From Thermoanaerobaculia bacterium (lineage in GTDB: Bacteria > Acidobacteriota > Thermoanaerobaculia > UBA5066 > Gp7-AA6), in assembly GCA_036406835.1 (NCBI GenBank), contig DASXAG010000047.1:6436-70435 (forward strand): a DNA stretch of 64,000 bases, written 5' to 3'. The notes below the pieces were generated by a model, which worked only from the letters and a program-made list of their open reading frames with translations, had not been told where the DNA came from and did not search any database. Position numbers and translations under genes: made by a program. Of the stretch, positions 9,017 to 17,312 are shown piece by piece. How positions within the stretch are numbered: position 1 is the first letter of the stretch; every line of letters begins with the position of its first letter.

Positions 9017-9598
9017 CTACCCACCGTGCCTCCGCGCGATCGCGAAACCGAAGGCGATCTGCAGGACGCCGAATCCGGCGGCCAGCCAGGCCGTGCCCCA
9101 CGACGCGGGCGAGGCGAGAGCGGCCGCGCCGAGCAGCATGAACAGCGCGCCCATGACGAGGACCGTGCGTACCGACATCGCCCCGCCGGTCACGACCGCC
9201 GCGCCGTAGAGCAGGAGCCAGATTCCCGGCAGCAGAGTCAGGTGGCCCATCCGCTCGAGAGCGAGCGTCAGGATCGCGGCGGCCCCGAGCGGGGGCGTGA
9301 GGCTCAGGAGGAAGCGCCGGGCGGGCCCCGAGAACAGGTCCGTGTGGGTCCGGCGCGCCTTCCGCGCCATGGCCCAGACGCCGATCGCGACGGCGAGGCA
9401 GGCCTCGGCGAGCCAGACGCCCAGCCACTGCTCGGGCGTCCGGGTCTGAAGCGAGACGGCGGCGGCGGCCAGGGCGGTCGCGCCCATCGCGGCCATCCCC
9501 GCGCCCGGAACGGCGGTGAACCGCGACGCCCGCTCCATCGTGTCGCGGATGAAGCGGATGTTGTCGGCGGCGCGGGCCGGCAGCGGCGTCGGTTCCAT
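9017..9598 (-). CDS. membrane protein, hypothetical (about 5 TM)
   Basis: Track ORF 9017..9601 (GTG). ATG 9598 preferred because a -10-like box lies 7 nt upstream. Confidence 0.6.
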   Translation of the reverse strand: MEPTPLPARAADNIRFIRDTMERASRFTAVPGAGMAAMGATALAAAAVSLQTRTPEQWLGVWLAEACLAVAIGVWAMARKARRTHTDLFSGPARRFLLSLTPPLGAAAILTLALERMGHLTLLPGIWLLLYGAAVVTGGAMSVRTVLVMGALFMLLGAAALASPASWGTAWLAAGFGVLQIAFGFAIARRHGG

Positions 9599-9605
9599 CA
9601 CGCGC

Positions 9606-9634
9606 AGCCTAGGTCCGAGCGGGGGTCATGTCAA
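9606..9634 (-). promoter_or_regulatory. sigma70-like promoter TTGACA-17-TAGGCT, 7 nt from ATG 9598 (leaderless layout)
   Basis: Minus strand reads TTGACA (9634..9629), a 17-nt spacer, TAGGCT (9611..9606), then GCGCGTG and ATG. The -35 overlaps the aspartokinase stop codon. Confidence 0.45.
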
Positions 9635-10437
9635 GTACTTTGTGATATAAAGTCGGGCGCGGGCGGCGGCGTCGCGGGCTCCGCGAGCCGGGTGGGGAGG
9701 GGGCCGATCCGCGTCGCCCGGTCCGCGCCCGGCGCCGCGACCTCGAACACGATGCCGTTCTCGCGCGCGAAGCGCAGCGCCTTCTCCTGGACCACCTCGG
9801 CCCGCAGCGCGAGCGCGTCGTCGTAGGAGATCTGGTCGTAGCGGCGGGCGGAGCGCTCCGGATGGCCGGGGTCCCCGTCGTAGACGCCGTCCACGTCCTT
9901 CAGCAACCGGCAGGACGCGCCGAGGGAGTGCGCGAGGTGGAGCGCCGTCAGGTCCGAGCCGCCGCGTCCGAGCAGGTAGATCTTGCCGTCCGGGCCGCGG
10001 CCGTAGAAGCCGGGGACGACGCCGACGCGGCCCCCCGCGATCGCGCGGCGCACGAGCTCCGTGTCCAGGCCGCACGGCAGCGCGTCGAGCGGCTCTCCCT
10101 CGCAGCGCAGCCCGATCCCGACCGGCTCCATCAGCGCGACCGGGAGGCCCGCGTTCTCGAGGGCCATCGTGAGGAACGCCGCCGCGACGTCCTCGCCGGT
10201 CGCGACCATGAGCGCGAGCGCGGAGGGCTCCGGGGTGCGGGAGATGCGGTGCGCCTTCTCGAGCAGGACGTCGGTCGTCGCGCCGATCGCGGACACGACC
10301 GCGACGACGGACCGGCCGAGGTCCCGGTGCCGCGCGATCTCGGCGACGGCGCGCGGGAGCTCGTCCTCGGAGCGGAGCACCGAGGAGCCGAACTTCAGGA
10401 CGATGGCGGGGCGCCTCTCCGGCGGTGTCCCGGTCAC
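9631..10437 (-). CDS. aspartate kinase-like amino-acid kinase, catalytic domain only (no ACT domains)
   Basis: C-terminal part of track ORF 9631..11277. VLKFGSSVL, VVSAIGATTD and LGRGGSDLTA motifs of aspartokinase. GTG 10437 overlaps the asd stop (GTGA). The protein is only about 268 aa. Confidence 0.7.
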   Translation of the reverse strand: MTGTPPERRPAIVLKFGSSVLRSEDELPRAVAEIARHRDLGRSVVAVVSAIGATTDVLLEKAHRISRTPEPSALALMVATGEDVAAAFLTMALENAGLPVALMEPVGIGLRCEGEPLDALPCGLDTELVRRAIAGGRVGVVPGFYGRGPDGKIYLLGRGGSDLTALHLAHSLGASCRLLKDVDGVYDGDPGHPERSARRYDQISYDDALALRAEVVQEKALRFARENGIVFEVAAPGADRATRIGPLPTRLAEPATPPPAPDFISQST

Positions 10438-11504
10438 GACGCGTCCCGGAGCACGGCCGCCTCGGAGCGCACGAAGAGCTCGGCGTTGAGGAGGCTCCCG
10501 CCCGCGGCGCCCCGCACGGTGTTGTTGGCGACGACGGTGAACTTCCAGTCCAGCACCGCGCACGGCGCGAGCCCTCCGATCCACGTGACCATGCCGCCCT
10601 CGCGCTCGGCGTGCCGCCTGGGCTGCGGCGCGTGCGCCTCGTCCACGTACGCGAGCGGGCGGGCCGGGGCGGAGGGCAGCGCCGCGACCTCCGGGCCGGC
10701 CCGGAACTCCCGCCACGCCTCGACGATCTCGCTCGCGGTCGCCTTGCGCGCCAGCGCCACGGACACGGACTCGGTGTGGCCGTTCTCGACCGGGACCCGG
10801 TACGTGTGGGCGGAGATCGTCAGGCGCGCCGGCTCGACGCGGCCGTCGGCGAGGCGGCCGAGGATCCGGGCGGTCTCGCGCTCGATCTTGTCCGCCTCCC
10901 CCGGGATGTCGGGCAGGACGTTGCCGAGCGCGTCGAGCGAGGCGACCCCGGGGTAGCCGGCGCCCGACACGGACTGGAGCGTCGTGACGAGGACCCTCTC
11001 GACGCCGAAGGCGCGGTGCAGCGGCGCGAGAGCCAGGACGAGCTGCGTGGCGGAGCAGTTGGGGTTGGTCAGGATCCCGCCGTCCCAGCCGCGCCGGGCG
11101 CGCTGGACGGCCAGCAGCCGCAGGTGGTCGGCGTTGACCTCCGGCACGAGCAGCGGCACGTCCTCCTCCATGCGGTGCGCGGACGCGTTCGAGAAGACGA
11201 GATAGCCCGCGCGCGCGAACCGCGGCTCGAGCTCCCGCGCCGCCGCGGCGTCGAGGGCCGAGAAGACGATCCGGCACGGAAGGTCCGGCTCGGCGCGCCG
11301 GAGGACGGTCCCGGCGAGCCCCGGAGGAGCCGGCTCGGCCAGGCGCCAGTCCGCCGCGTCGGCGTAGCGGCGGCCCGCCGACTTCTCCGACGCCGCAAGC
11401 GCCGCGATGGCGAAGTCGGGGTGTCCGGCGAGCCGAGAGAGGAAGCGCTGGCCGACGGCGCCGGTGGCTCCGAGGATGCCGATCGGGATCTTCCGGGCGT
11501 GCAT
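10434..11504 (-). CDS. asd: aspartate-semialdehyde dehydrogenase
   Basis: Track ORF. GILGATGAVGQ NAD site, NPNCSATQLVLAL catalytic Cys, SVSGAGY motif. Confidence 0.9.
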   Translation of the reverse strand: MHARKIPIGILGATGAVGQRFLSRLAGHPDFAIAALAASEKSAGRRYADAADWRLAEPAPPGLAGTVLRRAEPDLPCRIVFSALDAAAARELEPRFARAGYLVFSNASAHRMEEDVPLLVPEVNADHLRLLAVQRARRGWDGGILTNPNCSATQLVLALAPLHRAFGVERVLVTTLQSVSGAGYPGVASLDALGNVLPDIPGEADKIERETARILGRLADGRVEPARLTISAHTYRVPVENGHTESVSVALARKATASEIVEAWREFRAGPEVAALPSAPARPLAYVDEAHAPQPRRHAEREGGMVTWIGGLAPCAVLDWKFTVVANNTVRGAAGGSLLNAELFVRSEAAVLRDAS

Positions 11505-11592
11505 GGTGTTGGGATGCCGTGTGCGTCGCGCGTGTGTCTCGTCGGGAGCAACGGGCCGCCGGCGCGCGGAATTCCGGCGGCGTGGTCCGCGC

Positions 11593-12627
11593 TCAGGATG
11601 GCGCGTCGAAGAGGGTGCCCTGCGGTCCCGGCGGCCGCCGGAACGTGCTCGTCCGCGGGTGCTTCGGTTCGCCGTCCGCGTTGAGCCCGAGCCGGCGGCA
11701 TTCCACGTCGAAGAGACTCTCGATCGCCGCCCAGCGGGGACCGTTCCCCTCCATGCGCGATCCCCACCGCGAGTCGTAGAGTCGTCCGCCCCGGACCTGA
11801 CGCATCGCCGACCAGACGCGCGCCGCGCGGTCCGGGAAGTTTTCCTTCAGGCGCTCCTCGAAGACCGGCAACACCTCCGCGGGCAGCCGCAGCAGCGTCA
11901 GGAAGGCTCCCGTCGCGCCGGCGTCGCGCGCGCGGGCCAGGATCTCGGCCATGTGGCTGTCGTTCAACCCGGGGATCACGGGGGCGAGGGAGACGCCCGT
12001 GCGGATCCCCGCCGCCGAGAGCGCCGCCAGGGTCTCGAAGCGCCGGGCGGGCGAAGCGACGTTGGGCTCGATCGCGCGAGCCGTCGCCGCGTCGGCGAAG
12101 GGGATGCTGAGGTAGACGGTCGCCGCCGCCTCGCGGGCGAGCCCGGCCAGCAGGTCGACGTCCCGGCGGATGAGCGCCCCCTTGGTCACGATGCCGACCG
12201 GGTTGCGGAACTCGAGGCAGACCTCCAGGCAGCGGCGCGTCAACCCGTAGACCGCCTCGAGCGGCTGGTAGCAGTCCGTCACCCCCGAGAAGACGAGCGT
12301 GTCGCCCTTCCAGGATTTCCGCGACAGCTCCGCGCGCAGGCGCTCGGCGGCGTTGACCTTGACGACGATCTTGCGCTCGAAGTCCGTGCCGGCGCCGAAC
12401 CCGAGGTACTGGTGGGTCGGGCGTGCGTAGCAATAACTGCAACCATGGAAGCATCCGCGGTACGGATTGACGCTGAACTCGAATCCGATGTCCGGACTGT
12501 CGTTGGAGGCGATGATCGACTTCGCCCGCTCCTCGTAGACCTCGAGGGTCGCCTCCGGCGGCTCGCCCAGCCACTCCGCGTGGACGGATTCCCACGGATT
12601 CGGGGGATTGGAGACCCGGGTCGGCAT
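11593..12627 (-). CDS. radical SAM protein (PA0069/SplB-like family)
   Basis: Track ORF. CFHGCSYC (CxxxCxxC) cluster motif after NPYRGC. Confidence 0.8.
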   Translation of the reverse strand: MPTRVSNPPNPWESVHAEWLGEPPEATLEVYEERAKSIIASNDSPDIGFEFSVNPYRGCFHGCSYCYARPTHQYLGFGAGTDFERKIVVKVNAAERLRAELSRKSWKGDTLVFSGVTDCYQPLEAVYGLTRRCLEVCLEFRNPVGIVTKGALIRRDVDLLAGLAREAAATVYLSIPFADAATARAIEPNVASPARRFETLAALSAAGIRTGVSLAPVIPGLNDSHMAEILARARDAGATGAFLTLLRLPAEVLPVFEERLKENFPDRAARVWSAMRQVRGGRLYDSRWGSRMEGNGPRWAAIESLFDVECRRLGLNADGEPKHPRTSTFRRPPGPQGTLFDAPS

Positions 12628-12649
12628 GCCCTCCGGAGTATAGCGGCCG

Positions 12650-13489
12650 TTACGTCGCCTTCCGGATCGGCCGGGTCGGCCGGTCGAACTCGGGCAGGGC
12701 CTTCCCCTTGAGGAACGGCCCGGCGAAGCGCACGAGATCGGTGCGCAGCCGCCGGAACGCGTTGAGGGGGTCCTTCGAGAGCCCCGGGAAGCGCATGTCC
12801 CCCGCCACGCCGAGCCGCTCGAGGTACTTCGGATGGAGAAGCTTCTTCTGCCCCGCGCGGTAGGTCGCGACGGGGACGCCGGAGCGGACCTGCAGCTCGA
12901 CCGCGCGGTCCTTGCGGCGGAACTCGCCGACGGCGATCCGGCGCGTCCCCGACGTCTCCTCGCGCACCCCGCCGAACTTGAAGCCGTACGGCTTCATCGC
13001 GTCCGTCAGGATCCGCGCGCCGGTCTCGAGGAGGGCGGCGTCCGAGGCCCGGGCCTGCGGGCGGCGGAGCGCCTCCATCAGCGCGTCGATCCGCCGGCGG
13101 AGGTCGTCCCGCGTGGTGCGGAACGCCTCCCAGCGCTCCTCCTCGGTGCCCACGACGAAGGTCGGATCCTCGATGGACCAGTTGACGAGGTGCCTGGCGC
13201 CGGGCCAGATCGGGCAGTCGGCCGCGGCGGCGTCGCAGACGGTCACGACCACGTCGAAGGGATCATGGAGGAACTTCTCCGCCGCCTTGGAGCGGGCGCG
13301 CCCGATCGGGAAGCCCAGCTCCTCGATCGCCCGGATCGCGAGCGGGTGGACGAATCCCGCCGGACGCGATCCGGCCGAGACGGGGTCGAGCAAATCGGGG
13401 TAGTCGATGCGCGCGAGGGCCTCGGACATCTGGCTGCGAGCCGCGTTCCCCGTGCAGAGGAAGAGGATCTTCTTCTTGGAGTCGGTCAT
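12650..13489 (-). CDS. low-molecular-weight phosphatase / ArsC-family arsenate reductase domain fused to an unknown ~130-aa C-terminal domain
   Basis: C-terminal 279 codons of track ORF 12650..14065, starting at ATG 13489. ILFLCTGNAARSQM (CX5R P-loop) and VVTVCD motifs. The rest (KPYGFKFGG...GPFLKGKA) carries no motif I recognise. Confidence 0.75.
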   Translation of the reverse strand: MTDSKKKILFLCTGNAARSQMSEALARIDYPDLLDPVSAGSRPAGFVHPLAIRAIEELGFPIGRARSKAAEKFLHDPFDVVVTVCDAAAADCPIWPGARHLVNWSIEDPTFVVGTEEERWEAFRTTRDDLRRRIDALMEALRRPQARASDAALLETGARILTDAMKPYGFKFGGVREETSGTRRIAVGEFRRKDRAVELQVRSGVPVATYRAGQKKLLHPKYLERLGVAGDMRFPGLSKDPLNAFRRLRTDLVRFAGPFLKGKALPEFDRPTRPIRKAT

Positions 13490-13584
13490 GGTCGCCGGGG
13501 CCCCGCTTCCAATTCTGTCACGAAGCGTCGCAACGCCCCGGGAGGTTTCCGGATTCCGCTCGGAGGGCCGATAATGAAGGGCGA

Positions 13585-15945
13585 TTGAGCGAAACATCCT
13601 TCTGGAAGAGCCGGCTCGCCAACGAGGCCATCGGCGTTCTGCTGATGCTCGCCGGGGTTCTCGCCGTCCTCGCGCTCTTTTCGTACGACCCGCGGGACCC
13701 CAACATCTTCTCGTGGACCGCGGGCGGCGCGGCCGCGGCGCCCAATAACTGGATCGGCGGCTTCGGGGCATCGCTGGCCGCCGCGCTCTATGCGCTGTTC
13801 GGACTGGCCGCCTGGGGCATCGCGGCCCTGGTGCTCGTCCTCGGCTGGCGCCGCTTCTGGGGGCGTCTCCTGCCGAATCCCGGATCGAAGGCCGCCGGCA
13901 TCGGGATGCTCGTCTTCTCCCTGCCGATGCTCCTCGCGTTGTCGCTCGGGCGGCGAAGGCTGTACGGCGAGGAGACCGAGACGGGCGGCATCGTCGGACG
14001 CGCGCTCGCCGACGCGTTCCGCTCCCGCATCGGCACGACCGGCGCCGTGCTCCTGGCGGCGACACTGGTCCTCCTGGCGGTGCCGCTCGCGACGCAGGTC
14101 TCGCTGCAGGACGTCTTCCTGCGCCTGCGGGTGCGGTTCGCCGGGCTGCTCGGACGGCTCACGGTCGGCTGGGCGCGCCACCGCGACCGCCGGACGAAGG
14201 AGCGGCTTCGCCGCACGGTCGTGGCCAAGCACCTCGAGAAGGCGCGTCCCCCCGAGATCTCACTCGACTCGATCCCGTTCGCCGAGGACGACGCGCCGCC
14301 GATCGTGCGCGAGGTGCCGGGACCCGGCAAGTTCTCGATCAGGAAGACGATCCTGGCTCCCGCTCCGTCGCCCGCGCCGGCGGCGAGCCGGCCGAAACCC
14401 GCGTCGGCGCCCGCCGCCTCCCGCAAGAAGCCCGAGCCGCAGCGGAGCCTGCCCATGACGGTGGCGGGCTACACGATCCCGCAGGTCTCGCTGCTCGAGA
14501 GGCGCGAGCAGGAGAGCGTGGTCGACAAGCGGGTGCTGGCCGACACGGGCCGGCGCATCGCGGCCAAGTGCGCCGAGTTCGGCGTGGAGGGCGAGGTCGC
14601 CGAGTACCATCCGGGCCCCGTCGTCACGACGTACGAGTTCCGCCCGGGGGAGGGCATCAAGGTCAACCAGGTCATGAACCTCTCGGAGGACCTGGCGCTC
14701 GCGCTGTCGGCGGAGTCGATCCGCGTGGAGCGGCTCCCGGGCCGCGCGAGCGTCGGCATCGAAGTTCCCAACCCGGGCGGGGGCGAGATCATCAGCATCC
14801 GCGACGTCATCGAGTCGGAGCGGTTCCAGAGCTCCCGCTCGCTCCTGACGCTCGCACTGGGCAAGGACATCCACGGCGAGCCCGTCGTGGACGACCTGCG
14901 CGCGATGCCCCACCTCCTGATCGCGGGCACCACCGGCTCGGGGAAGAGCGTCGGCATCAACGCGCTCATCACGTCGATCCTGTTCAAGGCGGCGCCGAGC
15001 GAGGTCAAGCTGATCCTGATCGACCCGAAGATGGTCGAGCTCGAGATCTACGAGAACCTCCCGCACCTCGCGACGCCGATCATCACCGAGCCCAAGAAGG
15101 CCGCGAACGCTTTGAAGTGGGCCGTCGCGCAGATGGAGGAGCGCTTCCAGACGCTCTCCGACTTCGGCCAGGTCCGCAACGCCGAGCAGTACAACGCGGC
15201 GATCAAGGATCCCGAGGCCGTCGCGCGGGTGCGCGCGCAGCACCCGGACGACCCGGACCTGAAGCTCGAGCCGATGCCGTTGATCGTGATCATCATCGAC
15301 GAGCTCGCGGACCTCATGATCACGGCGCCCAAGGAGGTCGAGGAGGCGATCGTCCGGATCGCCCAGAAGGCCCGCGCGGTCGGCATCCACCTCGTGGTCG
15401 CGACGCAGCGCCCGTCGGTGGACGTGCTCACCGGCGTCATCAAGGCCAACCTGCCGTCTCGGGTCGCGTTCAAGGTCTCGTCGAAGATCGACTCGCGCGT
15501 GATCCTGGACGGCAACGGCGCCGAGCGCCTGCTGGGACGCGGCGACATGCTCTTCCTCCCGCCCGGCACGTCGCGGCTCAAGCGCGTGCACGGCGCGTAC
15601 GTCTCGGTCCAGGAGACCGCGGCGCTCATGAAGTTCCTCAAGAAGCAGGCGAAGCCGCAGTTCGACGAGGAGATCACGAAGGACCGCGTCGAGGCGGTGC
15701 AGCGCGACGACGCCGGCGACGAGACGGATCCGCTGTACGACGAGGCCGCGCGCCTCGTCGTCCGGGAGAAGATGGCGTCGATCTCCTTCCTCCAGCGCCG
15801 GATGGGAGTCGGGTTCTCCCGCGCGGGCAAGCTCATCGACATGATGGCCCGCGACGGGCTCCTGGGCCCGCCGCGCGGATCCAAGCCGCGCGAGGTCCTG
15901 GTCGCGGACGACTATTTCGCGGAAGTGGACCGGCAGCCTCGATGA
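13585..15945 (+). CDS. ftsK: DNA translocase FtsK/SpoIIIE
   Basis: Track ORF. N-terminal TM helices, Pro/Ala linker, LIAGTTGSGKSVGINA Walker A, IIIDELADL Walker B, C-terminal gamma wHTH (ISFLQRRMGVGFSRAGKLID). TTG start. Confidence 0.9.
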   Translation: MSETSFWKSRLANEAIGVLLMLAGVLAVLALFSYDPRDPNIFSWTAGGAAAAPNNWIGGFGASLAAALYALFGLAAWGIAALVLVLGWRRFWGRLLPNPGSKAAGIGMLVFSLPMLLALSLGRRRLYGEETETGGIVGRALADAFRSRIGTTGAVLLAATLVLLAVPLATQVSLQDVFLRLRVRFAGLLGRLTVGWARHRDRRTKERLRRTVVAKHLEKARPPEISLDSIPFAEDDAPPIVREVPGPGKFSIRKTILAPAPSPAPAASRPKPASAPAASRKKPEPQRSLPMTVAGYTIPQVSLLERREQESVVDKRVLADTGRRIAAKCAEFGVEGEVAEYHPGPVVTTYEFRPGEGIKVNQVMNLSEDLALALSAESIRVERLPGRASVGIEVPNPGGGEIISIRDVIESERFQSSRSLLTLALGKDIHGEPVVDDLRAMPHLLIAGTTGSGKSVGINALITSILFKAAPSEVKLILIDPKMVELEIYENLPHLATPIITEPKKAANALKWAVAQMEERFQTLSDFGQVRNAEQYNAAIKDPEAVARVRAQHPDDPDLKLEPMPLIVIIIDELADLMITAPKEVEEAIVRIAQKARAVGIHLVVATQRPSVDVLTGVIKANLPSRVAFKVSSKIDSRVILDGNGAERLLGRGDMLFLPPGTSRLKRVHGAYVSVQETAALMKFLKKQAKPQFDEEITKDRVEAVQRDDAGDETDPLYDEAARLVVREKMASISFLQRRMGVGFSRAGKLIDMMARDGLLGPPRGSKPREVLVADDYFAEVDRQPR

Positions 15946-16298
15946 CGCGCGCGATGCGGCTGTTCGTCCTGGCGCTGCTGGCGGCGCCGGTGTTCACCTG
16001 GTTCGTCTACAGGCTCGCGAGGGGGCTCGGCTTCCTCGAGCCGGCGGCCGACAAGCAGCACGAGTACCGGCGGACGATCCTGACCGCTCTCTTCGCGTTT
16101 CTCCTCTTCCTGCCGATCATGCTCTTCGGATTCGCGAACGACTGGCCGCGGATGTGGCGGATCTTCGGCGTCGTCAACGGGCTCGCGCTCGCGTTCTTCG
16201 CCCTCATGGGCGGGCTGGCCGCGCTGCGGCTGTGGCGGCTGCGCCACCCGAGCGAGGGGCCGAGCGCTTCGAAGGACGCGGACGTTCAGAGCTCGTAG
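15942..16298 (+). CDS. small membrane protein (3-4 TM), hypothetical
   Basis: Last 118 codons of track ORF 14568..16298. ATG 15942 overlaps the ftsK stop (ATGA). Clearly hydrophobic. Confidence 0.55.
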   Translation: MTRAMRLFVLALLAAPVFTWFVYRLARGLGFLEPAADKQHEYRRTILTALFAFLLFLPIMLFGFANDWPRMWRIFGVVNGLALAFFALMGGLAALRLWRLRHPSEGPSASKDADVQSS

Positions 16299-16376
16299 TT
16301 GTCAGTTCTCCGTCTTCAGTTTTCCGTTCGGGGATCTCGGTACTGTGAACTGAAAACCGCTAACTAACAACTCGTC
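16299..16376. repeat. AT-rich heptad-periodic intergenic element (inverted heptad arrays)
   Basis: TTGTCAG TTCTCCG TCTTCAG TTTTCCG TTCGGGG ATCTCGG TACTGTG AACTGAA AACCGCT AACTAAC AACTCGT. Same architecture as 59332..59398. Confidence 0.8.
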
Positions 16377-16379
16377 ACC

Positions 16380-17312
16380 ATGCGCGTCGTCTTCTTCGGC
16401 TCGCCCGCCTTCGCGGTCCCGTCGCTCTCGGCGCTGCTCGAGGCCGGCTTCGACGTGCCGCTCGTCGTGTCGCAGCCGGACCGGCCGGTGGGGCGATCCT
16501 CCGCGCCCCGCCCCACCGCGGTCGCGGCGCTCGCGGAGGCGTCGCGCATCCCGGTCGCGAGGCCCGAGCGAATCCGCGACGACGCGGACTTCCTCGCGCG
16601 CCTCTCGGCGACGGCGCCCGACGCGATCGCGGTGGTGGCGTATGGCCGGATCCTGCCGCCGGCGATCCTCCGGCTTCCGCGCCTCGGCGGCGTCAACGTC
16701 CACGCCTCGCTCCTCCCGAAGTATCGCGGCGCGTCGCCGATCCAGGCGGCGCTCCTCAACGGAGACGCGCAGACGGGCGTCGTCACGATGCGGATCGTCG
16801 ACCAGCTCGACGCGGGACCCCTGTTCCTCGAGCGGGAGGTCGCGATCGCGCCCGGCGAAACGGCGGGGGAGCTCTCGGAGCGGCTCGCCGCCCTCGGAGG
16901 GTCGCTTCTCGTCGAGACGCTGCGGGGGCTCGAGGCGGGGACGCTCGCCGCCCGTCCCCAGGAGGGCGAGGCCACCTTCTGCAAGACGATCCGCCGCGAG
17001 GACGGCGAGGTGGACTGGACGCTCCCGGCGCCGGTCCTCGCGCGGCGGCTGCGCGCGTTCACGCCATGGCCCGGGCTGTACACGTTCGCGGGCTCCGAGC
17101 GCGTCAAGATCCTCGAGGCCGCCGCGTCCGACCTCGCCGCGTCCGGCGAGCCCGGGACGGCGCGCCTCGAGTCCGGCCGCCTCCTCGTCGCGGCGGGCGG
17201 CGGCAGCGCGCTCGAGCTCCGGCGCGTGCAGCGCGCGGGAAAGGGTCCCGTGACGGGCGCGGAGCTGGCGCGGAGTCTCGGAGCGTGGCGCTTCGGCAAG
17301 ACCTCGCCGTGA
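16380..17312 (+). CDS. fmt: methionyl-tRNA formyltransferase
   Basis: Track ORF. MRVVFFGSPAFAVPSL, VNVHASLLPKYRGASPIQ motifs. Confidence 0.92.
   Translation: MRVVFFGSPAFAVPSLSALLEAGFDVPLVVSQPDRPVGRSSAPRPTAVAALAEASRIPVARPERIRDDADFLARLSATAPDAIAVVAYGRILPPAILRLPRLGGVNVHASLLPKYRGASPIQAALLNGDAQTGVVTMRIVDQLDAGPLFLEREVAIAPGETAGELSERLAALGGSLLVETLRGLEAGTLAARPQEGEATFCKTIRREDGEVDWTLPAPVLARRLRAFTPWPGLYTFAGSERVKILEAAASDLAASGEPGTARLESGRLLVAAGGGSALELRRVQRAGKGPVTGAELARSLGAWRFGKTSP

Noticed and set aside
10438-11277. N-terminal extensions of several track ORFs (9631..11277, 12650..14065, 633..2030, 25214..28033, 24225..27533)
   Set aside because: The extensions overlap neighbouring well-supported genes in another frame and are Arg/Pro/Gly-rich. 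Internal ATG/GTG starts give normal N-termini and the 4-nt overlaps typical of this locus.
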